The notes under the pieces are model-generated. The model saw only the letters and a program-made list of their open reading frames with translations, was not told where the DNA came from and searched no databases. Below, in pieces: positions 38,338 through 46,040 of a stretch of DNA of 61,757 nt. Numbering within the stretch: the first letter of the stretch is position 1; every line of letters starts with the position of its first letter. The stretch spans positions 1 to 61,757 of the forward strand of contig QQNC01000001.1 of the NCBI GenBank assembly GCA_003402695.1. The letters run 5' to 3'. Position numbers and translations under genes: made by a program. The stretch comes from Verrucomicrobiota bacterium. Lineage in GTDB: Bacteria > Verrucomicrobiota > Verrucomicrobiia > Opitutales > Opitutaceae.

Positions 38338-39374
38338 TTGTAGCGGTTGCGGAGCTTGGAACGGAGCACAATCGAGGCGGTCGCGATGAGGGCGACGATG
38401 AACAGAAAGACGAAGGCGGTGCCGTATTGCACGCGCTCGGTGTATTCGTTCTGGGGGATCTTGGAGCTGACCACGTAGATGTGGTACGGCAGGGCCATCA
38501 CCCCCTGGAAGAAAAAGTCCGAGAAATGGTCCACCTGCCACGGCAGCTTGTCGCGGACGACGTAGGCGGCGGTGAACATGATCGGCGCCGTCTCCCCGGC
38601 CACGCGCGCGATGCCGAGGATGGACGAGGTCAGGATGCCCGGCAGGGCGTACGGGACGACGTTCTTGTAGATGGTCTGCCACTTGGTGGCGCCCAGCGCG
38701 AGCGAGCCCTCGCGGAAACCCTTCGGGACAGCCTTGAGCGATTCCTCACTCGCCGTGATGACCACGGGCAGGACCATAAATGCGAGGGTGAACCACCCCG
38801 CCAGCAGCGAGACGTTCCAGCCAAAGAAGATCACGAACATCCCGAAACCAAAGAGGCCAAACACTATCGAGGGCACGCCGGCGAGGTTGAGGATCGCGAG
38901 GCGCACAAAGCGGATGAAGGTTCCGTCCCGCGCGTATTCGTTGAGATACACGGCGGCGCTGACGCCCAGGGTTAGCGCGATGGCCATCGAGCCGACGACG
39001 AGCAGCACGGTACCCACGATGCAGGGAAAGATGCCGCCGGCGCAGTAGACATAGCTCTCGGCCTTCACATTGGCGGCCGCGGGGTTCTTTTCCTTGAAAG
39101 TCCGGAACTCCTTGTCCCCGAGTTCCATTTTCTGTCCCTGCCACTGGAAGACATACAGCGACTCGGGCGACTCGGTGAAGAAGGCGGTGTTCACAAAGGG
39201 CGCCTTGGTCTGGAAGACCGTCCGCGAGCCCTTGACGAAGATGTTCAGGAACACGACCGCGCCGCAGAGCAGCACAAAGTACGTGGCGCCACGGAACAGC
39301 CAGAAGATGACGGACTCCGAGCGGCGCGCGGCGGAGGGCTGGGTCTGGAACGGATGGGTGGTGGCGGCGCTCAT
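38331..39374 (-). CDS. pstA: Phosphate ABC transporter permease PstA
   Basis: 347 aa with the EAA-type permease motif ([14 protein letters not shown]) and PstA-like topology, including a large first periplasmic loop. Confidence 0.9.
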   Translation of the reverse strand: MSAATTHPFQTQPSAARRSESVIFWLFRGATYFVLLCGAVVFLNIFVKGSRTVFQTKAPFVNTAFFTESPESLYVFQWQGQKMELGDKEFRTFKEKNPAAANVKAESYVYCAGGIFPCIVGTVLLVVGSMAIALTLGVSAAVYLNEYARDGTFIRFVRLAILNLAGVPSIVFGLFGFGMFVIFFGWNVSLLAGWFTLAFMVLPVVITASEESLKAVPKGFREGSLALGATKWQTIYKNVVPYALPGILTSSILGIARVAGETAPIMFTAAYVVRDKLPWQVDHFSDFFFQGVMALPYHIYVVSSKIPQNEYTERVQYGTAFVFLFIVALIATASIVLRSKLRNRYKW

Positions 39375-39376
39375 GG

Positions 39377-40978
39377 TCAGCCGATGGAGATGCGGTAGCG
39401 GCGCACGATGCGCTGCGCGGCGTAGTTGATGGCGAGGGAAAGAAAGAAGAGCAGCATGCCGACAACGAACAGCGCGCGGTAATGGATGCTGCCGTGGACC
39501 ACCTCGCCCATTTCCTGGGCGATGATGCCGGTCATGGTGTGCACCGGCTGCGTGATCACGGCGAGGCCCGCCGTGAAGTCCGGGATGGCGATGCGGTTGC
39601 CGGCGCAGAGGAGCACCACCATCGTCTCACCGATGACGCGGCCGAGGCCGAGGAGCACCGCGGAAATGATTCCGGAAAGCGAGGCCGGCACGATGATGCG
39701 GATGATGGTCTGCAGGCGCGTGGCCCCGAGAGCAAAGGAGGCCTCCTTGAAGGCGCGCGGCACGTTATTCAGCGCGTCCTCCGCCAGCGTGAAAATCGTC
39801 GGCACTGCGATCAGCGCGAGGAGGCACCCCGCCGTCAGGATGTTCAGCCGCTCGCTGTACGGGAAGCCCGGCACCCACGAAAGCCACGCCACCTGCGACA
39901 GGGCCCGCAGCGCCTGGCCCAGCACGGCGATGCCGAAAAATCCGAGCACGACCGACGGAATGGCTGAGATGAACTCAATGCAGGGCTTGATGAACTTCTG
40001 CTCCAGCGGGCTGGCGATCTGGTTGATGTAGATCGCTGAACCCACGCCGAGCGGCACGGCGATGATGAGGGCGACGAGGGAGACCATGACCGAGCCGACC
40101 ACGAGCGGGATTACGCCGTACCAATCCTGCCAGAAACTGGCCGTCAGCCACTGCCGGCCGAACAGAAACGAGGAGAAGGCCTGCGTGACCGGCACGGGCT
40201 TGTTATAATCCCAGGTCTCCAGGTTCCGTGTGACGGCGGGAAAACCCGCCATGTACTCCGCATTGAGCTGCTGAAAGCGGTCCATCCGGGTCTGCAACTC
40301 CGGCGCCGGCATGGCCGGTGCCTCCGCCAGGACGGCCGTGAGTCGCTTGGCGAAATCCGCGCTGGCCTCACGGTAGGCTGGCAGGGTGCCGAGGATGGGT
40401 TTGAGCTCCGCGACAAAATCAATGGGCACAATCCTCACCGCGGCAGCCTCGGCTTCCTTGCCCACGGCGAGCAACTGGGTCCGCTCGACCTTCTTGTCTT
40501 CCATCACGGTGAACCTTTCCTTGATGGCGGTGGTCTGCTCGGTGAGGTCCGAGACCAGGGTCCGGATGGGCTCAACTGAGTCGCCATACTGGCCGGCGAA
40601 GTCATCGAAGCCCGCCAGCGCGGCGTTGGCGGCGGCCAGGGACAGCCTCTTGTCCGTCGTGGAATAGTTGAACTGCCGTACCCGCAGGTCGGACAGATAG
40701 CGCGTCAACGCCGCGTGGTCGTCCTGCTGCGTCCGGATGAAATCCACATATTCCAGCCCGGCGTGCCGGTAGACGGTGAGGTTGTCCCGGTTCTGGCCGA
40801 AGAACCCCGAGCCCTCGCGGAACAGGAAATAGGTGATCAGCGCGAGAACGATGATCGAGACCACCGCATTGCCACCGAAGAAAACCCGGATGCAGTCATC
40901 GAGCGTGAGACCGAACAGGCGGAAGCTTCCCTTATAGGCGATAAAGTGCCTGTCATCGGCGGGAGCGGAGGAAGCCAT
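39377..40978 (-). CDS. pstC: Phosphate ABC transporter permease PstC (long form)
   Basis: 533 aa. The C-terminal 300 aa are PstC-like ([14 protein letters not shown]). The first ~230 aa form an extra TM plus soluble domain. Confidence 0.88.
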   Translation of the reverse strand: MASSAPADDRHFIAYKGSFRLFGLTLDDCIRVFFGGNAVVSIIVLALITYFLFREGSGFFGQNRDNLTVYRHAGLEYVDFIRTQQDDHAALTRYLSDLRVRQFNYSTTDKRLSLAAANAALAGFDDFAGQYGDSVEPIRTLVSDLTEQTTAIKERFTVMEDKKVERTQLLAVGKEAEAAAVRIVPIDFVAELKPILGTLPAYREASADFAKRLTAVLAEAPAMPAPELQTRMDRFQQLNAEYMAGFPAVTRNLETWDYNKPVPVTQAFSSFLFGRQWLTASFWQDWYGVIPLVVGSVMVSLVALIIAVPLGVGSAIYINQIASPLEQKFIKPCIEFISAIPSVVLGFFGIAVLGQALRALSQVAWLSWVPGFPYSERLNILTAGCLLALIAVPTIFTLAEDALNNVPRAFKEASFALGATRLQTIIRIIVPASLSGIISAVLLGLGRVIGETMVVLLCAGNRIAIPDFTAGLAVITQPVHTMTGIIAQEMGEVVHGSIHYRALFVVGMLLFFLSLAINYAAQRIVRRYRISIG

Positions 40979-41079
40979 ATGGGGACAGGAATGATTGCTG
41001 CACTAAGCACAAGCGTGAGGCGAAACAAAAGCCCGCTGACTTTTGGTCAAGCGGGCTAGAGTGCCATTCTTGCAACGAA

Positions 41080-41886
41080 TTAGCGGATCGGCACGAACCC
41101 GATCCGGGAAACGATCTTCTGGCCGGCGTCGCTCAGGGTGAAGTCCACGAACTTCGCCGCTTCGCCGGTGGGCTCGCCATTAGTGTAATAGAAGGTCGGG
41201 CGGGCGTAGGGATACTTCTTGGCCAGCACGGACTCCTTGCTGGGCCTGGAGCCGTCCACCGGGATCACCTTGATCCCGGGCTCGGTGGTGTAGGCGAGGC
41301 CCACGTAGCCGATGCCGCTCGGGTTCTTGGCCACCTCGGAAACGATCTGCTCGTTACCGGCCATCTTCTGCGAGGAGGAGGCGTAGTCACGCTTCTTCAT
41401 CGCGAGGTCCTTGAAGTCCGAGTACGTGCCCGACGACGTGTTGCGGGTGTAGATCGAAATCGCGCCCGGCGTGCCGCCGACGGCGGACCAGTCGGTGATG
41501 TCACCGGCGAAGATCTGCTCCACCTGGCGCTTGGTCAGGCCGGTGATCGGGCTGGCGGCATTGACGATGATCGCGATGCCGTCGAAGGCCACGATCGTGG
41601 GCTTCATGGTCACGCCCTTCGCCGACGCAGCCGACACCTCGGTCGGCTTGGCGCGGCGGGAGGACATGCCGATCTGTGCGGTGCCATCGATGATGGCGGC
41701 AATGCCGGTGGTGGAACCCTCGGCGGCGATCTCGAACGAGACGCCGGGATTCTTGGCCTTGTATTCCTCGGCCAGAGTCGGGACGAGCTTGGCGCCCAGG
41801 GTGTCGGAACCCTTGATAACGAGTTTCTGCGCCGAGGCGCTGGCGACCGCCGTGAGGGCGGCGAGGAGGAGGATAAGCTTTTTCAT
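41080..41886 (-). CDS. pstS: Phosphate ABC transporter substrate-binding protein
   Basis: 268 aa with a signal peptide. IKGSDTLG, GSTTGI and TRNTSSGT are PstS/PBP-like phosphate-binding motifs. Confidence 0.9.
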   Translation of the reverse strand: MKKLILLLAALTAVASASAQKLVIKGSDTLGAKLVPTLAEEYKAKNPGVSFEIAAEGSTTGIAAIIDGTAQIGMSSRRAKPTEVSAASAKGVTMKPTIVAFDGIAIIVNAASPITGLTKRQVEQIFAGDITDWSAVGGTPGAISIYTRNTSSGTYSDFKDLAMKKRDYASSSQKMAGNEQIVSEVAKNPSGIGYVGLAYTTEPGIKVIPVDGSRPSKESVLAKKYPYARPTFYYTNGEPTGEAAKFVDFTLSDAGQKIVSRIGFVPIR

Positions 41887-41914
41887 GTGATTGATGGGTC
41901 GGGACTGGGTTGCG

Positions 41915-43246
41915 TTAGAATTTCACGACGAGGTCGACGAGGACTTCGTGCGACTTGTCGAGGTTGCCGAGGGAAAACGTCATGCCGTGTTGGATGATCT
42001 GCGTGTCGAAGTAGGTGACGTTGAAGTTGGCGAAATCGGTCAAGTTATAGGACAGAGCCAGCTTGAAGCCCTTCTGGTTGGTCTTGCTGAAGCCCCAGTC
42101 GGAGTCGTTCATGTTCGGGTCAACCGCGGCCACGCCGACACTGCGGTAGTCGAGCTTGAGGCTGTAGTCGCCCATGACCTTGCCCGTGCCGTAGCTGTAA
42201 CCGACGCCGGCCAACCAGGCGCTGGCGCCCTTGCTGAAGAGCGCGGGATTGAGGCCATAAACTTGGTACGCACGGTTGCTGGCTTCGAAGTTATAGGATG
42301 AGTCCCAGTAGAACTTGAACGCGGTGCCTGCACCGTTGACGTTGGCCAGGTTCGCCTCGCCGGCGAAGGTGCCGTAGTTCTGCGCGCGGACCGTGCCGAT
42401 AAAGGCCGCGGAGTTAAGAGCCCCCGTCGGGATCACCGACTGGTTGTAGGCGGAGTAGCCGGCTGCCACGATCAGGCTGCTCAGGTTGTCCTTGCCAAAC
42501 CAGTGCGTGTAAACCGCCTGCTGTTCGAACAGCCAGGCATCGCGGTGGGCGGCCCCGGTCACCTGCTCATTATTGTCCTGCATGGCGTGCTGCATCGCGC
42601 GGACTTCAAACGTGTCCTTCCCGGTGAGGAATGACTTGTAGATTTCGCTCGCGCCCTGGGGATTGATGTCGGCATCCCAGCGCAGATCCGTCGTGTACAT
42701 GATGTTCTTCTGCTTCCCGAGCACGAAGGCCCAGTTCAGGTTGGGCGACCAGCCGATGTAGGCCTTGGCCACAAAGACGCCGTAATCATCCGCCGCACCG
42801 GTGAAGGTCTGGTTGGCGGAATCGGACCCCTGGCCGGTCTCGAGCGCGAAGCCGGCGCTGAAACCCTTTTGCAGGAGCACGTCCGTGTTGAACCGGAGGC
42901 GGAAGCGCTGGCGGGAGGTTTCGTTCGCGACGGCGGCGGCGCCGGTGGCGAGTTCCGGCACCTGCGCGTTGTACTCATAGCGCATGCGGAGGTCACCGGA
43001 GAACTTCAGTTCGCTGATCGAGGAGCTGAGGTTAAGTTTTCCGGCGGACGTGTTGGCCACAAAGTCCTTGACGAGGTCGACGCGGAGTTCTTCGGCCTCC
43101 TGGTCGGTGACGATGCCCTTTTTAACGAGGATATCGATGAGCGGGCCGCTGTCCTGCGCGAAGGCAGAGCCAGTGGCGATGAGAGCGCCGCCGAGCAGCG
43201 CGAGCCATTTTGATTTCAGGTGTAACATGGTGATGTGTTCTTTCAA
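41915..43246 (-). CDS. Putative outer-membrane porin heading the pst operon
   Basis: 443 aa (TTG 43246, alternative ATG 43228). It has a signal peptide, an N-terminal helical LIDILVKKGIVTDQEAEEL segment, then alternating beta-strand-like sequence ending in ...LVVKF (aromatic C-terminus). It lies 28 bp upstream of pstS. Confidence 0.62.
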   Translation of the reverse strand: MKEHITMLHLKSKWLALLGGALIATGSAFAQDSGPLIDILVKKGIVTDQEAEELRVDLVKDFVANTSAGKLNLSSSISELKFSGDLRMRYEYNAQVPELATGAAAVANETSRQRFRLRFNTDVLLQKGFSAGFALETGQGSDSANQTFTGAADDYGVFVAKAYIGWSPNLNWAFVLGKQKNIMYTTDLRWDADINPQGASEIYKSFLTGKDTFEVRAMQHAMQDNNEQVTGAAHRDAWLFEQQAVYTHWFGKDNLSSLIVAAGYSAYNQSVIPTGALNSAAFIGTVRAQNYGTFAGEANLANVNGAGTAFKFYWDSSYNFEASNRAYQVYGLNPALFSKGASAWLAGVGYSYGTGKVMGDYSLKLDYRSVGVAAVDPNMNDSDWGFSKTNQKGFKLALSYNLTDFANFNVTYFDTQIIQHGMTFSLGNLDKSHEVLVDLVVKF

Positions 43247-43284
43247 TGTTGGGTTATAGCAACAGCCTATGATGCCGTCAGATT

Positions 43285-43324
43285 GTTACAAACGTGCGGC
43301 GTTTGCGTGACAAACCGGTGAAAA
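43285..43324 (-). promoter_or_regulatory. Candidate Pho box upstream of porin-pst operon
   Basis: The coding (minus) strand reads TTTTCAC-cggt-TTTGTCAC-(N14)-TTTGTAAC. The T(C/A)AC cores are 11 and 22 bp apart, and the last repeat ends ~39 nt before the TTG start. The TGTCA core resembles the E. coli Pho box CTGTCAT. Confidence 0.4.
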
Positions 43325-43457
43325 TCCACCCTGCCCTGTCCCGCTCCAGCGGGGCGGTTGCACGGAGGAAATTGACGGTTGAAACCAGTGGATCCGCCTC
43401 AGCGGACGTCTCTCCGGCCACACTTTTTCCCCTCGCAACTTTCACCTCCCGCCGCGC

Positions 43458-45236
43458 TCACGCCGCGGGCCGGCGTCGCTTTTCCACCAGCGCCAGCAGC
43501 AGGTCGCCCTTGGCTAGGCTGCCCATGAGCCGGCCGGTCTCCGGCCCCACCACGGGCAACCGCTCGGACGTCAGCCCAAGGAACCGGCCGAGCGCTTCGC
43601 TCAGCGACTGGTCCGGCCCGATCCGCGGGAAGTCCTCGCGCATGATGTCGCGCGCAATGACCAGCTCCGCCAGGTCGAGTTGGCCGAGATACGGCTTGAT
43701 GTCGTGCAGCGACACCGCACCGAGAAATTTCCCGTCAGCCTCGCACACGTAAAGGTTGTTCACCCGCACGGAGAGGAACTTTTCCGCGATCTCGGCAAAA
43801 TGCGCGCCGGGCGGGATCGTCGGCGGATCGGCCCGTATCAGGTCCGACACGCGGGCCGCAGCCAGCGTGGCCGCCGGTTCCGCGGCGGCCTTGCGCCGCA
43901 GCGAGGCGCTGTACAGCGACTCCCCCGCCACGCCCTTCGCGGTGTAATACGCGATCACGTTGCAGAGCATCAGCGGCAGAATGATGTCATAGCTCAGCGT
44001 CATTTCGAACAGCATGATGACCGCCATGACCGGCGCGCGGCTCGCCGCCGAGAGGAACGCCCCCATGCCGACCAGCGCAAACGCCCCCGGGTCCACCGCC
44101 GCCGCCGGCCAGATCCGGTGCACCCCGATGCCAAACAGGTAACCCAGGCTCGCCCCCATGAACAGCGACGGCGTGAACACGCCGCCCGGTGCGCCCGACC
44201 CGAACGACGACATCGTCGCGAGCCACTTGCAGGCGAAGATGCCCAGCAGCACCGTCCAGAGCAGCCGGCCGTTGAGGATGTCCACCACCACCGTGTAGCC
44301 GTTGCCGCAGACTTCCGGGACGTTGATCGCAATGACGCCCACCAGCAGGCCGCCGAGCGCCAGGCGCGCGACCAACGGCAGCCGCAGTGAGATGAAAAAT
44401 TCTTCCGCCTGCTTCAGCGAGCGCAGGAACACCGGTGCGAGGCCGCCCGCCAGGAGGCCGAGGAGCACGTACGGGCCCATCTCCCAGGGCGAATTGAGCT
44501 GGAACGGCGGCACCTTATACAGGACCTGCGCCGCCGTGAGCACGCGGATCGTCAGCGTCGCCACGACCGCCGAGACCGCCAGCGGACCGAGGCTCTCCAT
44601 CGCAATGGTCCCGAGAATGATCTCCGCCACGAAAAACGACCCGGCAATCGGCGCATTGTAGGCCGAGGCAATACCCGCCGACGCGCCGCAGGCCACCAGC
44701 AGCCGCAGCTGCGGCCCCGTGAAATTCCGCCACCGGCCGACCAGCGAGGCCACCACCGACGAGATCTGCACCATCGGGCCTTCCCGCCCGATCGAACCGC
44801 CCGAGCCGATCGAAAAGAGCGCCGCCGTGGTCTTCACCAGGCTCGACCGCACCGGCACCCGGCCGTTGCCGATCACGATCGCCTCCATGTAGTCGGTCGA
44901 GCTTTCCGAGCGCGTGAGCCGCGAGCCGTACAGCAGTACCAGGCCCGCCGCCGCGCCGCCCAGCGTCGGCACCAGCAGGCAGCCCCACCAGGGCAACTGC
45001 CGCATCGACTCGACGACGCCGCTCGTGCGGCCCGTCATGAATTCGTGCACCCCCTCCGCCAGCACGGAAAAAATCATCGAGGCCATCGCGCCGAGGAAAC
45101 CGGCGAGCGCCGCCCACAGCAGCGTGACCTGCCACTCCGTCAGCTGGATTTTCTCCCGAATCCAGAGCCGCCAGCGCAACAGCCGTTGCAGCCGCTGCAA
45201 CAGCTCGGTCGTGGTCGCGGGTACCGTCGTGCTCAT
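43458..45236 (-). CDS. ClC-family chloride channel/antiporter with C-terminal CBS pair
   Basis: 592 aa with GSGGSIGREGP, GAPGGVFTPSL and a C-terminal tandem CBS region. Confidence 0.9.
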   Translation of the reverse strand: MSTTVPATTTELLQRLQRLLRWRLWIREKIQLTEWQVTLLWAALAGFLGAMASMIFSVLAEGVHEFMTGRTSGVVESMRQLPWWGCLLVPTLGGAAAGLVLLYGSRLTRSESSTDYMEAIVIGNGRVPVRSSLVKTTAALFSIGSGGSIGREGPMVQISSVVASLVGRWRNFTGPQLRLLVACGASAGIASAYNAPIAGSFFVAEIILGTIAMESLGPLAVSAVVATLTIRVLTAAQVLYKVPPFQLNSPWEMGPYVLLGLLAGGLAPVFLRSLKQAEEFFISLRLPLVARLALGGLLVGVIAINVPEVCGNGYTVVVDILNGRLLWTVLLGIFACKWLATMSSFGSGAPGGVFTPSLFMGASLGYLFGIGVHRIWPAAAVDPGAFALVGMGAFLSAASRAPVMAVIMLFEMTLSYDIILPLMLCNVIAYYTAKGVAGESLYSASLRRKAAAEPAATLAAARVSDLIRADPPTIPPGAHFAEIAEKFLSVRVNNLYVCEADGKFLGAVSLHDIKPYLGQLDLAELVIARDIMREDFPRIGPDQSLSEALGRFLGLTSERLPVVGPETGRLMGSLAKGDLLLALVEKRRRPAA

Positions 45237-45697
45237 CGCTTCGCCCCGCGCGCCAGCAGCGCGGTGAACTCCGCCTCAGACTTCGCCGCCAGCAGGCCGT
45301 CGTGCACCCCCGGCGCCTTCAGCGTCCGGGTGATCGCCGCCACCGTCAGGAGATACTCCTCCACCTGCGGCTTGGGCGTGCCGACCATGAAGATCAGCCG
45401 CACCGCCGGGTGCTCCGCATCAAACCCCACCCCCGGCGCCGCCACCCGCGCCACGCCGATCACCGCGCGTTCCACCGCGTCCGTGCGGGCATGCGGCAGC
45501 GCCACGTCGAGCGCGATGCACACCGGCGCGAGCATCGCACGCTCCAGCAGGCCGTGCAAAAACTGCGGCGCATCCTTGACCGCCGGGCTCTGCGCCAGCG
45601 ACGCATGCAGCGCACAGATCGCCGCCTCGCGCGAATTCACCGCCAGATCCAGCATCAGCGCGTCCGGTCGGGCGAGTAATGAGGTTGGCAAGTCCAC
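45233..45697 (-). CDS. PTS EIIA type-2 (PtsN-like) domain protein
   Basis: 154 aa. ...VALPHARTDAV...RLIFMVGTP... fits the PTS_EIIA_2 pattern with a candidate phospho-His in LPHART. The stop overlaps the ClC start (ATGA at 45233-45236). Confidence 0.68.
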   Translation of the reverse strand: MDLPTSLLARPDALMLDLAVNSREAAICALHASLAQSPAVKDAPQFLHGLLERAMLAPVCIALDVALPHARTDAVERAVIGVARVAAPGVGFDAEHPAVRLIFMVGTPKPQVEEYLLTVAAITRTLKAPGVHDGLLAAKSEAEFTALLARGAKR

Positions 45698-45891
45698 GTC
45701 GCCATCACCCTAGCCGCACGACGCGGCGAAACAAGCCCGCGCTCGGCAAATTTATCGTGATAAATCCTCCGAGCTGGCCGGACCGGACTTCAGGATTTTG
45801 ACCACGGATAGCTCGGATGAACACGGTTCAGAATTTAAGGCCGGTTGACCACGAAGAGGCGCAAAAAAATCCAAGGCTGCAAAACACGCTT

Positions 45892-45946
45892 CCGCGCGCC
45901 TATGGGCGCAATGGCGATTTTTTCGTAGCCCCAATCCCTTTGTGCC
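45892..45946. repeat. Family B REP, partial copy in inverted orientation
   Basis: The reverse complement ggcacaaagggattggggctacgaaaaaatcgccattgcgcccataggcgcgcgg aligns (about 80% by eye) with 938-992. Confidence 0.7.
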
Positions 45947-46040
45947 GTTTTGCGGCCAAACTTCTGCAGGAATTAGGATTGATCCGTGTCCTCCGCGTTA
46001 GCCGTGGTAAAAATTCCGCCGGATTCGCGTGGGATTTTGC

